Positions 7,311 through 16,172 of a stretch of 48,924 bases of DNA are shown piece after piece. The notes under the pieces were generated by a model that was not told the origin of the DNA, did no database searches, and saw nothing but the letters and a program-made list of their open reading frames with translations. The DNA is taken from the IMG/VR virus record IMGVR_UViG_3300045988_100566; one strand, 5' to 3'. Within the stretch, counting starts at the first letter, position 1. Every line of letters begins with the position of its first letter. The position numbers and the translations under genes are program-made. The stretch comes from a virus.

Positions 7311-7919
7311 TTAGATGTCCCAATCTTCGTCCTCATCTTCATCAGCTGCTTTTTTGTTTTCTTTCTTAGCAGGTTTCTTATCGGCTGCTTTAGCAGGCTT
7401 CTTTGCAGGTTTCTCTTCTTCCTCTTCACCCCAGTCATCGTCTGAATCTTCGGCAGCTTCCTCATCTGCTTTTTTTAACAGTCCGATGTAATACTTTGCC
7501 GGCTTCTTTAACTCAGCCTTGATGCCACGCTTCTTGCACTCCTTAAAGAGTTCCGGTGCAGTCATACTGGAATAATCAACTTCTCCTGCTTCATCATCGG
7601 CATCCTCTTCTGTTTCTTTCTTCTTTGCTGCAGGCTTCTGAGCTTTCTTAGCTGCTGGCTTTGTAGCTGCCTCTTCATCTGCATCACCGGAATCCTCCTC
7701 ACCGATTGCTTTCTTAATCATGCCGTTAACTTTGTTTGCTGAAACGTGCTCCGGAATATAACTTGCAAAATCATTGAACTGTTCTCCAGCTACTACTGCA
7801 AGCCCTGCAATCTTCACTGCCAGAACCGGGAATCTTCTTCCGATGTCTGTAATTGCTTCCATGTCTGTACCTTTAACGATAATATCGACTGCTTCAGATA
7901 ATGTGTAATTTCTTGCCAT
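7311..7919 (-). CDS. Lys/Ala-rich histone-H1-like DNA-binding protein with HeH (SAP/Rho_N-like) motif and acidic tail
   Basis: Start at MARNYTL (AAAGGAGAAAAAG RBS). Has KPAAKKAQKPAAKKK and AKKPAKAADKKPAKK repeats, MTAPELFKECKKRGIKAELKKPAKYYIGLL, and ends DEDEDEDWDI. Confidence 0.55.
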   Translation of the reverse strand: MARNYTLSEAVDIIVKGTDMEAITDIGRRFPVLAVKIAGLAVVAGEQFNDFASYIPEHVSANKVNGMIKKAIGEEDSGDADEEAATKPAAKKAQKPAAKKKETEEDADDEAGEVDYSSMTAPELFKECKKRGIKAELKKPAKYYIGLLKKADEEAAEDSDDDWGEEEEEKPAKKPAKAADKKPAKKENKKAADEDEDEDWDI

Positions 7920-7996
7920 AACTTTTTCTCCTTTTCTTTGTTTTGATTTTATTGTTGGCATTTGGTGTTATAAGTGTTATCGCCTCACTTGAAAAC

Positions 7997-8317
7997 TTAT
8001 TTTGTTTCAAAACAGTACTTCTTATCATTCCAAAACATAACTTTTGAATGAACGAAGTTTTTGTCGTTTTCTGCTCTGTCAACGTATAAACTTACGTTAT
8101 ATCCGTTTGCTTTTGCTTTACCAACTACATCATGCAAGTTATCGATCTTTGTTTTTACTACTGCTCCAGATTCTGTAACAAAAACCATATGCATCTTTGT
8201 TGTTGTTTTCAGTGTTGCAAACTCTCCGAAGTAGCTTAAACCTGAACCAATTCTATAGATAAGAACTTTCTGTCCAACTTTCACATCTACCATTTTTCCA
8301 CAATACCAAGTTTTCAT
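7997..8317 (-). CDS. Hypothetical protein
   Basis: 106 aa. First gene after class-I promoter P3 and its conserved leader. AGAGGAGG RBS. Confidence 0.65.
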   Translation of the reverse strand: MKTWYCGKMVDVKVGQKVLIYRIGSGLSYFGEFATLKTTTKMHMVFVTESGAVVKTKIDNLHDVVGKAKANGYNVSLYVDRAENDKNFVHSKVMFWNDKKYCFETK

Positions 8318-8362
8318 TACTTTGTCCTCCTCTAAGGTAAATCGTTTATTGATTATGTAGTT

Positions 8363-8391
8363 ATTATATCACACTTTTTTGAATTTGTAAA
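8363..8391 (-). promoter_or_regulatory. Class-I promoter P3
   Basis: AAAAACCTATTTACA-17 nt-TATAAT. -35 at 8386..8391, -10 at 8363..8368. Phased T tracts upstream at about 8396, 8405 and 8415. Confidence 0.75.
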
Positions 8392-8424
8392 TAGGTTTTT
8401 AAACTTTTTTAAAGTTTTTTTTAC

Positions 8425-8700
8425 CTACTCAGTGGCATCCCAGTCATTTGCTGTTTTCTCTTCTTCGATTGCAATAGCTCCGTTGATTGCATCTCTGAGT
8501 TCATACAGGCCATTCACATCTTCTACTGTAAAAGCACCTTTAAGGAAAATATTCATTTCTTTTCCTTCATCGTCTTTCAGTCTCATTTTCTGTGCCAGTG
8601 TATAACCACCTTTAGAACAGCTTGAAATTACGATTGTCCTGTTGTTTGATACTTTTGCACTTGTAAGTTCTTCATATGTTGTCTTTTTTGTTGTTGCCAT
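8425..8700 (-). CDS. Hypothetical protein (possibly PC4/YdbC-like ssDNA-binding fold), acidic tail
   Basis: Start at MATTKK (AAAGGAGAAAA RBS). NNRTIVISSCSKGGYTLAQKMRLKDDEGKEMNIFLKGAFTV resembles the PC4 beta-sheet pattern. Ends NDWDATE. Confidence 0.35.
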   Translation of the reverse strand: MATTKKTTYEELTSAKVSNNRTIVISSCSKGGYTLAQKMRLKDDEGKEMNIFLKGAFTVEDVNGLYELRDAINGAIAIEEEKTANDWDATE

Positions 8701-8713
8701 TTTATTTTCTCCT

Positions 8714-9079
8714 TTATTCTTCTTCGTTTTCTTCCTCAACCTCTGATTCCATCATAACTACGAACTCTTTCGTATCACTGTCATTCAAAGGGAGCATGTT
8801 TAAATTATCCATCTCAATGTAGTCATTAAGACCATTGAATTTGATAGTAGACTCTCCATCACCATCTACTATAATTTGCTTGATTCTGAAGATTCCTAAC
8901 TTCTTTGGTCCTACACCAGGAATCTTAGCTTTGATAACTACATCATTATTCAAAAGCTGCATAAGCTTTATAGAATTTGCCAACTCAGAGTAAGCAGCTT
9001 TTAATGTAAAGTTTACACTTCCATTTGCTGATAAGCTATGCCCTCCGTATTTGACAACTTCTCTAACTTTTATTGTCAT
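8714..9079 (-). CDS. Hypothetical protein with poly-Glu tail
   Basis: 121 aa, ATGA overlap with the upstream gene, ends SEVEEENEEE. Confidence 0.55.
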   Translation of the reverse strand: MTIKVREVVKYGGHSLSANGSVNFTLKAAYSELANSIKLMQLLNNDVVIKAKIPGVGPKKLGIFRIKQIIVDGDGESTIKFNGLNDYIEMDNLNMLPLNDSDTKEFVVMMESEVEEENEEE

Positions 9080-9558
9080 AATGCACTTTTCCTTTCTTTC
9101 TTGTATCTTGCTTCATATGAACGTCTGAACACTTCTCTTGCACTTGCATCTGATTTGATATAGTTCTTTGTTGCCACTGTATTTGTTTCCTCATATCCTT
9201 CATCTAACTCAACCGAAAAGTGGCTTTTGTCAACCTTACCAGTTTCTAGATACTTAGAAGCATCTTCTAAATCTTGTGGTCTTATCAACAAAAATACCTC
9301 GTTGCTTTGTAAAAATTGTACTGCAAATACTGGCATTTTATGTTCAACCGCTGCATTGTGCAAAAGTTTATGAATATCAAGCAAGTTTATCTTTATACTT
9401 GAAGCATCTGTACTTTTGAGCTGGCATATAACATCATCAGATATACCATCTTCTTTTACAATCCAACCTGAACCAGAGTTTGGTGTAGGCTCAAGTCCTA
9501 ATTGCTTCATTACTTCAGCTTCATTACGTCGATAAAATCTTCCACTACGCTTCATCAT
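9076..9558 (-). CDS. PD-(D/E)xK nuclease, archaeal Hjc/RecU-like Holliday junction resolvase candidate
   Basis: G..YRRNEAEVMKQLG...SGSGWIVKEDGISDDVICQLKSTDASSIKI follows the GxxxE..(S)G..D..(E/Q)xK resolvase pattern. GAGGT RBS. Confidence 0.45.
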   Translation of the reverse strand: MMKRSGRFYRRNEAEVMKQLGLEPTPNSGSGWIVKEDGISDDVICQLKSTDASSIKINLLDIHKLLHNAAVEHKMPVFAVQFLQSNEVFLLIRPQDLEDASKYLETGKVDKSHFSVELDEGYEETNTVATKNYIKSDASAREVFRRSYEARYKKERKSAL

Positions 9559-9763
9559 TTTCTTTTACCTCATGGCATTCTTTAAAGTAGTTCAAATCAA
9601 TATATAAAACATTTTCCATAGGTATAACGAATACCCTTTCTTCTGTTGATTCTTTATATACCGATACTAAACCTTCTGAAGCTCTTACACTATGTTTTTT
9701 ATAATCAAAACAAGCTTCAATACCTGTCTTAAGAACTATCTTAATATATCTTATTTTCCTCAT
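9545..9763 (-). CDS. Hypothetical protein
   Basis: 72 aa ORF with a weak RBS. Fits the tight gene packing. Confidence 0.45.
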   Translation of the reverse strand: MRKIRYIKIVLKTGIEACFDYKKHSVRASEGLVSVYKESTEERVFVIPMENVLYIDLNYFKECHEVKENDEA

Positions 9764-9777
9764 TTTGCTTTATCTTT

Positions 9778-10107
9778 TCATTTCTTCATTTTCAATATAA
9801 ACATTGCCATGTTTAACAGATATTCTCTATCACTTTTTGTCAACCTGTGGAATAAATCGAAGCCTGTAGAACCATCAAAATCATACATGCAATAATAATA
9901 TTGTGTTTCTTTTAAAATCCCACCAGCTTCATTCTGCATATTCACAAGTTGCTTTGATATCTTATCATATTCTGCATCTGAGATAACGCTTTCGTTCAAC
10001 TCATAGTACATGATGGAGTATACAATCACTCTTCTTTGTAAGTAACTAATCTTAGTTGAATCACTCCAGTAAGCACTAGGCATTTTCTCGAAGTTTATTT
10101 CTTTCAT
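9778..10107 (-). CDS. Hypothetical protein with a LigA domain-Ia-like motif
   Basis: YSIMYYELNESVISDAEYDKISKQLVNMQ resembles the YYxxxxPxISDxEYDxLxxxL signature of NAD-dependent ligase domain Ia. AGGAG RBS. Confidence 0.4.
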   Translation of the reverse strand: MKEINFEKMPSAYWSDSTKISYLQRRVIVYSIMYYELNESVISDAEYDKISKQLVNMQNEAGGILKETQYYYCMYDFDGSTGFDLFHRLTKSDREYLLNMAMFILKMKK

Positions 10108-10339
10108 TTTTTATACTCCTATTTCGAATAATCCTTAAATCAGCTTTTGATTTAAGTTTTTCGTGAAGCCTGCATGATGCGCTCAAAGTCTTAGAAAGAA
10201 TCTTGTCATTACACTCATCACATATTGTAACTACGTTTCCACCAATACAAATATCATAGAGTTCTAAAGATTTCTCTCTATTATTTCCACATTCACAGCA
10301 AACAGCTTTATCATTTTTATTTATCCTCATCTTTACCAA
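10076..10339 (-). CDS. Hypothetical zinc-ribbon protein
   Basis: CCECGNN....ICDECNDK (two CxxC pairs). TTG start 9 nt after AAGGAG. Confidence 0.5.
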   Translation of the reverse strand: MVKMRINKNDKAVCCECGNNREKSLELYDICIGGNVVTICDECNDKILSKTLSASCRLHEKLKSKADLRIIRNRSIKNERNKLRENA

Positions 10340-10379
10340 TTTAGCTATCTCCTTTTGATTTTTACTTTATAGTGAAAGG

Positions 10380-10396
10380 GGCTGCTTTATGCAGCC
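10380..10396 (-). terminator. Weak hairpin overlapping the stop codon of the ATPase gene
   Basis: GGCUGC-AUAAA-GCAGCC followed by CCUUUCAC. The U tract is poor. Confidence 0.25.
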
Positions 10397-11481
10397 ACCT
10401 TTACTTTTCTTAACGCCTCGTGATAAATTGTATTTCCTTCAGGATTGAAAGTATTAATTGTGTCAGCATCCAATCCTTTCATTACAGCTATTTTGATGAT
10501 GATTTCCATATCCATTCCTGATTTCTCTAATTTTGAAACCATTGTCATACATCTATAGGAAAATGTAGCTCTGATTCCTTTTGCTTTTGCTTCGTCTCTC
10601 AACTGATGAATGAAACTTACAAGCTCTGAATTATTGCTTGTGATATTCATTTCAATGTTAAGACTATAATCAAATTCGATGATTGCGAATCTATCAAGTG
10701 TTGCCTGGTCTAAAACCATTCTTCCTGTGTACATCTCATCTGCACCTGAACCAACTGTATTGCCTGCTGCTACGAAGTGTACATGATTGAGATTTACCTT
10801 TCCATTTGGAAACTCAAAGTAACCATTTGCAATCGCTGCATTTAAAAGAACCAGAACTTCTGGGATTGAAGCATCCATCTCGTCTAAGAAAAAGATACAA
10901 TCCTTATCATCCTTGCAAGCTTTGTAAAATTCCGTCTCATGGAATTTACCACCTGCATCAATGAAACCTGTAAGTTTGTATTCTTGCTGAACACTATTGC
11001 TAAAGCAGAAGTTCCAACCAAGTTCATTTGCAATCTGCTCAACTGTGAAGTTTTTACCTGAACCAGCAGGACCTGCAAGGTAAACCGGAATGTTGCATTC
11101 CAGACAAGTTTTAATCTGATCGTATTTTTCATGTTTAACTGTACTATCATCTTCATCTTTTACTTCTGGAAGTTTTGGTTTTTCAACTTTTACCTTAGAG
11201 ACTTTCATCTCTTTCTTGATGTCATTTACAACACCTTTCGAAATATTACTTGAATCCGTTTTCTTAACACCTTTTGTTTCGTATACTCTTTCAACACTGA
11301 GTACTTTGAAGCTTTCATTGAAAGAAATCTTGCAACCATCAATGATCGTGTAATTATCATATGCTTTTCTAACATATGTGAAAACCTTTTCATTTCCGTT
11401 GAATTTGATTTCAACTACTACAAATCCTTCTTTTCTCTCAGCTGCCTTGATGTTTAATACTTTGAAATTTACTTTTGCCAT
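10387..11481 (-). CDS. AAA+ ATPase (AAA_5 / MoxR-CobS-like) with a roughly 120-aa unknown N-terminal domain
   Basis: Walker A LAGPAGSGKN, Walker B IFFLDEMD, sensor region AAGNTVG, arginine region TLDRFAII. Confidence 0.8.
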   Translation of the reverse strand: MAKVNFKVLNIKAAERKEGFVVVEIKFNGNEKVFTYVRKAYDNYTIIDGCKISFNESFKVLSVERVYETKGVKKTDSSNISKGVVNDIKKEMKVSKVKVEKPKLPEVKDEDDSTVKHEKYDQIKTCLECNIPVYLAGPAGSGKNFTVEQIANELGWNFCFSNSVQQEYKLTGFIDAGGKFHETEFYKACKDDKDCIFFLDEMDASIPEVLVLLNAAIANGYFEFPNGKVNLNHVHFVAAGNTVGSGADEMYTGRMVLDQATLDRFAIIEFDYSLNIEMNITSNNSELVSFIHQLRDEAKAKGIRATFSYRCMTMVSKLEKSGMDMEIIIKIAVMKGLDADTINTFNPEGNTIYHEALRKVKVAA

Positions 11482-11524
11482 TTTTATACCCTCCTAGGTG
11501 ATTTGTTTGTTTGATTATGATATT

Positions 11525-11553
11525 ATTATATACCAAAAAGCAAGATTTGTAAA
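11525..11553 (-). promoter_or_regulatory. Class-I promoter P4
   Basis: AAAAATATATTTACA-17 nt-TATAAT. -35 at 11548..11553, -10 at 11525..11530. Phased T tracts at 11558, 11569 and 11581. Confidence 0.75.
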
Positions 11554-11573
11554 TATATTTTTGAAAAGTTTTT

Positions 11574-11603
11574 GAAAAAGTTTTAGGGAGGATTTCTCCT
11601 CCC
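11574..11603 (-). terminator. Rho-independent terminator
   Basis: GGGAGGA-gaaa-UCCUCCC (11586-11603) followed by UAAAACUUUUUC, immediately after the stop at 11609. Confidence 0.7.
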
Positions 11604-11608
11604 AAGTT

Positions 11609-12418
11609 TTAAACGTTTGCCAAGTCATCAATCGTGTTTATTGTTGAAACATCTTTCTTTATGAAAGCTGGTAATAAGTACTCGCCAGATTCTTTAAACA
11701 AATTATATGCTTCATCATCGCTTACTGGTAAACCATAACCATTAACAAAACTTTTTGTAACTTTTGGATAAACCTCAATAAATCTGAGCATTAATCTTCT
11801 CAACATACTTGGATGAACTAATGGAAAGGCAAGTTTACTAATATTGAGTTTTTCACCAGCAGATTTGATTCTTATTTTTGTAATTAGTTTCAAATCTCTT
11901 TTAATTCCACCCATCATGACGTTGAGATTTACTCTGTAACCTTGTGCTTCAAGTTTTTTCACAATCATCATTGCTTTAACTGATTCTTCAACAATCCGTT
12001 CAGCTTTAATACTACAATTATAACTGATTGACTTATTCAACGTTATTACCTTCTGCTTTACTGGAACCATTTTTCTATTTACCATGTTTGTTGGTACACC
12101 ACTCAAGTATAACGGAACGATTGGCTGAAAACCTGCAACTGAATTTATTGTTTTCGGTTTCATAGTTGGTTGAACTTGATTCTTAACTACATTTAATCTT
12201 TGTGTTAACTTACTAGACATATCAGTCCAACCATTCTTAAGAAGATCTGTTGCTTCTTCAAAGCTTCTTGTTTGTGTAAAACTATAATTATCACTTACAC
12301 TTTCATGTTTAGCCCATCTGAACGATTCATTAAATGGTGTATCACAGATATACTTGTAAAACTCATTTAAACTGTCATACTCAACTACTTCATAACCTTT
12401 AATGTTTTCTACTTTCAT
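11609..12418 (-). CDS. Hypothetical protein (own promoter and terminator; upstream partner of the AAA+ ATPase)
   Basis: 269 aa. AGAGGAGG RBS after the conserved class-I leader. No motif recognised. Confidence 0.65.
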   Translation of the reverse strand: MKVENIKGYEVVEYDSLNEFYKYICDTPFNESFRWAKHESVSDNYSFTQTRSFEEATDLLKNGWTDMSSKLTQRLNVVKNQVQPTMKPKTINSVAGFQPIVPLYLSGVPTNMVNRKMVPVKQKVITLNKSISYNCSIKAERIVEESVKAMMIVKKLEAQGYRVNLNVMMGGIKRDLKLITKIRIKSAGEKLNISKLAFPLVHPSMLRRLMLRFIEVYPKVTKSFVNGYGLPVSDDEAYNLFKESGEYLLPAFIKKDVSTINTIDDLANV

Positions 12419-12470
12419 TTTAAAACCTCCTCTAAGGAATATTTGTATTTGTTTGTGTTTTGATAATACT

Positions 12471-12499
12471 ATTATAACATATGTATTATGATTTGTAAA
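12471..12499 (-). promoter_or_regulatory. Class-I promoter P5
   Basis: AAAAAAACTATTTACA-17 nt-TATAAT. -35 at 12494..12499, -10 at 12471..12476. Confidence 0.75.
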
Positions 12500-12565
12500 T
12501 AGTTTTTTTAGTTTTGTTTTATATATATTTTTTCTTTTTCTTTTGCTACTTTTCTTTTTCTTTTT

Positions 12566-12775
12566 TCAATCAATAGTTTTCTTTTTGAATGACTTTGATA
12601 TATTGTAGTCACCTAAGAATCTGCCTTTTGGAATAGGTTTATGAAATTCATCAAATTTCTTTTTCTCTCTGAGTTCTGCTGTATGTTTTTCTTTTGCTTT
12701 GTTGTATTTTTCACAGTTTGCATGACAACCTAAAATTCTGTCTTTGCAGCTTTTGCAGCAATTTATACCCAACAT
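12566..12775 (-). CDS. Hypothetical Cys-rich small protein
   Basis: 69 aa, N-terminal CCKSCKDRILGCHANC cluster, basic C-terminus. Confidence 0.5.
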   Translation of the reverse strand: MLGINCCKSCKDRILGCHANCEKYNKAKEKHTAELREKKKFDEFHKPIPKGRFLGDYNISKSFKKKTID

Positions 12776-12783
12776 ACCTACAT

Positions 12784-13389
12784 TTACCTCTCTTCTTGAA
12801 GCAATTTTCTGTCACCTAAAAAGCCATACATAGCTATACCAGCACTGTCTGAAGCATCATTATTATACATATACTTTTGCCCATTTACCATAAAAGTACC
12901 TTTCGTTTTCCTTGTCTGGATTGGTATCAAGATACTTTTCTCAAAACCTTGTCTAATACACCATTCCACTGTTGGCCACTTCTCATCTGGAACACCAAAA
13001 TTATTGCTTTTGGGCTTACTTGTACCTATTATCTGGGCTTTCCATGCCCTAGTATCTACACTATATACTGGCACATTATATTTCTTACAAACATCGACAA
13101 TGGTAGCATTTAAAGCACCTATGGATTTTATATAGTCAATATTTAAAAATCCACCAGAACGTAGTCTGATTCTTTCTATTATGCATTCTACTTCGTCTGA
13201 ATGCGTTTTCATGCTACTTAAACATGATTCTAATTTTAGCATTATTTTTTGTCTTCTATCACTATTGCAATGACATTTTTCTAGATGTATGCTTGATACT
13301 TTTTTAAGCTTACCATCTGCAGCAATGCTAATTCCAGTATTCTTATAAGACTGGTCTAAGCCTATTACTATTTTGTTGTATTTACTCAT
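12784..13389 (-). CDS. ruvC: RuvC-like Holliday junction resolvase
   Basis: IVIGLDQSYKNTGISI (first Asp), IIERIRL (Glu), NDASDSAGIAMYG (C-terminal acidic pair). RNase H-like fold pattern. Confidence 0.6.
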   Translation of the reverse strand: MSKYNKIVIGLDQSYKNTGISIAADGKLKKVSSIHLEKCHCNSDRRQKIMLKLESCLSSMKTHSDEVECIIERIRLRSGGFLNIDYIKSIGALNATIVDVCKKYNVPVYSVDTRAWKAQIIGTSKPKSNNFGVPDEKWPTVEWCIRQGFEKSILIPIQTRKTKGTFMVNGQKYMYNNDASDSAGIAMYGFLGDRKLLQEER

Positions 13390-13553
13390 ACTATTTTCCT
13401 GGCTTTCTATTTTTTATCTTTTATCCATTTTACATACCTCTTCTGAAATCATCAGAAGGCCCATAATTGACTTTTATTTATTAGCCTATATTTTTTATCA
13501 AGGTTAGTATATCAAATCAAATACAGGGCCTTCTGGTGATTCACAACCATATA
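13390..13553 (-). promoter_or_regulatory. Class-II structured intergenic element, copy D
   Basis: arm1 AATCACCAGAAGGCCC (13526-13541), 63-nt AT-rich spacer with AATAAAAGTCAATTAT, arm2 GGGCCTTCTGATGATT (13447-13462), local hairpin CTTCTGA-tgatt-TCAGAAG (13440-13458), then GAGGT and a 4-codon uORF (13414-13428). Confidence 0.6.
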
Positions 13554-14381
13554 TTATTTTATTTTTATCTTACCACCTTCAAGATTCCAACAGCTTAATC
13601 TCATTGGACAATCTTTGCATCTTTTACAATCCGAAGACTTTGCATCATCTGGTCTTCGAACCATTTTGTGCTGCTTCATAAGTTTGTTGTAGTAGTATTT
13701 GATAGCTTCTGCTCTATCAATAAAAGGTGCAACAATACTTGGGTCATAATCATAAACTTCAATCTTGAAGTCTTGAGTATTTTTGTCTTCTGATAAAACA
13801 AATCCTTTATGAATACCAGTAAGATACATGTACCATTGACACTGCTTCCAAGCTGAGGGATGCTTAACCATTCTCTGAAATTGAAATGTATTGACTGATT
13901 TTATTTCACCAATCATTTTTCCATCATAAAACTCTGGGATTGAACAGATTATATCTGGAGTAAAGCTAATCTTATAAGCATCATTGAATTGCGTAACATC
14001 CAGATCTGAGGCTTTTGAATAACCAGCCCTTATAAATAACCTTTGCCACTTTTCATGTATCGCGTTCCCTTGTTCAAAGATTCTCATAAGCCCTACATTA
14101 ATCTGTTCACCTTGAAGTTGTTTATAAATAAGGCTCAGAACCTGCTGTCTTACACAAAAATCTTTATCACCTACAATCAATGAAGAAGCATGAAGTCCAA
14201 CTCTTTCTTGTGATTCCTGTCCTCTTGTCATAACTTGTTTTACGAACTTTGCTTCTTCACTGATATTCTTATCAAGATAAAATGTTGCATTTAAAATCTT
14301 TTCAAGCTTTGCTGCTTCAGATGATTGAATCTTCGTATTGTTACCTAAAGCACTTTTCTTGATGTCACTTACCAATCCCAT
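13554..14381 (-). CDS. Cas4/RecB-like PD-(D/E)xK exonuclease with Fe-S cysteines
   Basis: N-terminal Cys (DFCVRQ), IGEIKSV (ExK), QCQWYMY (QxxxY), C-terminal CKRCKDCPMRLSC. Confidence 0.7.
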   Translation of the reverse strand: MGLVSDIKKSALGNNTKIQSSEAAKLEKILNATFYLDKNISEEAKFVKQVMTRGQESQERVGLHASSLIVGDKDFCVRQQVLSLIYKQLQGEQINVGLMRIFEQGNAIHEKWQRLFIRAGYSKASDLDVTQFNDAYKISFTPDIICSIPEFYDGKMIGEIKSVNTFQFQRMVKHPSAWKQCQWYMYLTGIHKGFVLSEDKNTQDFKIEVYDYDPSIVAPFIDRAEAIKYYYNKLMKQHKMVRRPDDAKSSDCKRCKDCPMRLSCWNLEGGKIKIK

Positions 14382-14731
14382 CTTGATTCCTCTTTTAACC
14401 TTTCCATTTCTTTTGCAGAAATACCTACAATACCAACTGATTGATCTGAATCTGTATGCTTGAAGTATTCTCCATTCTGCGGGTACATATACCTGAACAT
14501 GGCATAGTTAGCAATGTCAAGCAAATATTCTGTGTTCTTCGTTTCCTCAAATTTCTCCAGGCATTTTTTAAGTGTTGCAATAGCATCTACGTTTCCTGTA
14601 GCAAAGTTTTTTCTCACTGAACCATATTTATAAAAGCTTACGCATATTAAATCTTTTCTTCTTTTGTCAAACTCTTCTGAGTACTCCGTCTTGAGAATCT
14701 CATCTACTATGCTTTCCGATTTGTTTATCAT
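14369..14731 (-). CDS. Hypothetical protein (possibly an all-alpha MazG-like NTP pyrophosphohydrolase fold)
   Basis: Start at MINKSES, ATGA-coupled to the deaminase stop. The FYKYG...KFEETKNTEYLLDIANYAMF pattern is only weakly reminiscent of the fold. Confidence 0.3.
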   Translation of the reverse strand: MINKSESIVDEILKTEYSEEFDKRRKDLICVSFYKYGSVRKNFATGNVDAIATLKKCLEKFEETKNTEYLLDIANYAMFRYMYPQNGEYFKHTDSDQSVGIVGISAKEMERLKEESRWDW

Positions 14732-15168
14732 AAAAATATCTTTCCCCCTTTTGTTATAACTCTTTTTATGCCCGCATTCTTTATCATCCTTAAACATATA
14801 GGGCATGGCGAACAATCTTTAACCTCAATGTATATATCTGACGTCCTCATCACTTTTTCTTCACAAGCTAAATACATTGTAGCTCCCAACATATCTTTTC
14901 TGCTGGCTGACAGCATAGCGTTCTGTTCAGCATGAACCGACTGACAATCTGAATAATCACCTGAGTTGTGTGCTACATTTGCCCTTGGGCATTCTTTATA
15001 AATATCACAACAATTTTTTTCCCCTCTTGCTGAACCATTGTAACCCGTTGCAATAATTTCATCATTTTTTACAATTACACAGCCATATCTTCTTTTCAGA
15101 CATGTACTTCTTTTTGTCACCGCTTTGGCAATCCCAAGATAATATTCATCTTTGCTTATTCTATTCAT
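14728..15168 (-). CDS. dCMP deaminase (ComEB/T4 cd type)
   Basis: TCLKRRYGCVIV, HAEQNAM, CSPCPICLRMI zinc motifs. The start lies among three ATGs after GGAGG (15168 preferred). Confidence 0.85.
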   Translation of the reverse strand: MNRISKDEYYLGIAKAVTKRSTCLKRRYGCVIVKNDEIIATGYNGSARGEKNCCDIYKECPRANVAHNSGDYSDCQSVHAEQNAMLSASRKDMLGATMYLACEEKVMRTSDIYIEVKDCSPCPICLRMIKNAGIKRVITKGGKIFL

Positions 15169-16108
15169 CATCATCCTCCAGAAAATCTTTAGGAACGCGC
15201 TTACCAAACTGTTCAGCTCTTTTCTTCATTATTTCTTTTCTAATAGCGTTTACATCTGCATAATTTACAAAACCCCTGTCAAAGAACAAAGGAATCTCGC
15301 ATTCACCCATAGGATTGCTTACTTTTGATTTGACAACTTTACATTTCATAATCAATCCAATCTTTTCTGTAGCAGCTGAGTTCCTTGGGTCTTTATTTGG
15401 AATCTCAATCCACGCTCTTCTTGCTACTTGAATCCTAAGACTACAAGCATGCTTTAACTTCCTTCCGCCTGGAGTATCAGTCTTTTCACCAAACATCATA
15501 GCGTTCATTTTGTCCCTTACTTGGTTGACAAAAATTAACGTCGTGCCTGTCACTTCTATAATCTCTTCTATCGTTGGCAGATATTTGTTCATAAGCCTTG
15601 CAGTTCCACCTATTCTCTGCTCCTCGATAGAATCTTTCTCAGCCGACTTAAGAACTTTTTCTGCATCCTCTTTTGGAACCATACTTGGAACACTATCAAT
15701 GCCAATCAAAGGAATACCAGCTTTTGAAAACTTAATCGTTTTGTTGAAAGCATCTTCTCCATACTTTGCTCTATATATCAGTAACTGCTTTGGCCTATTG
15801 CCAAACACCTTTGCTCTTTCTGCATCAAACGTACCTTCAATAGGAATGTCAAGAGCTATATTATGAAGTCCACAAAGATGATATAACAAAGTTGTTTTAC
15901 CCGAACTTTCTGGACCAAATATTTCTACAACTCTTCCTTCAGGCATTCCTCCTCCAATGATTGCATCTAAATCCTCAATACCTGTGCTCCATCTTTTGAT
16001 GTTCAAGTCAGCGTGTTTGCTGCCTATCGAATAAATAGCACCTTCTCCTTCTTTTTTGTTGATGTCATTACACAGAGCAATAATTGCTGCTTTGTTTGTT
16101 TTAGCCAT
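15161..16108 (-). CDS. recA: RecA-family recombinase
   Basis: DAIIGGGMPEGRVVEIFGPESSGKTTL (Walker A), IGIDSV (Walker B), PGGRKLKHACSLRIQVARR. Confidence 0.85.
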   Translation of the reverse strand: MAKTNKAAIIALCNDINKKEGEGAIYSIGSKHADLNIKRWSTGIEDLDAIIGGGMPEGRVVEIFGPESSGKTTLLYHLCGLHNIALDIPIEGTFDAERAKVFGNRPKQLLIYRAKYGEDAFNKTIKFSKAGIPLIGIDSVPSMVPKEDAEKVLKSAEKDSIEEQRIGGTARLMNKYLPTIEEIIEVTGTTLIFVNQVRDKMNAMMFGEKTDTPGGRKLKHACSLRIQVARRAWIEIPNKDPRNSAATEKIGLIMKCKVVKSKVSNPMGECEIPLFFDRGFVNYADVNAIRKEIMKKRAEQFGKRVPKDFLEDDDE

Positions 16109-16126
16109 TTACTTTCCTCCTTATAA

Positions 16127-16157
16127 TAAAAAATAGGCAGCTATTTCTAACTGCCTA
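16127..16157 (-). terminator. Rho-independent terminator
   Basis: UAGGCAG-uuagaaauag-CUGCCUA (16134-16157) followed by UUUUUUAUU. Confidence 0.65.
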
Positions 16158-16172
16158 CCTTCCATCCTTTTA

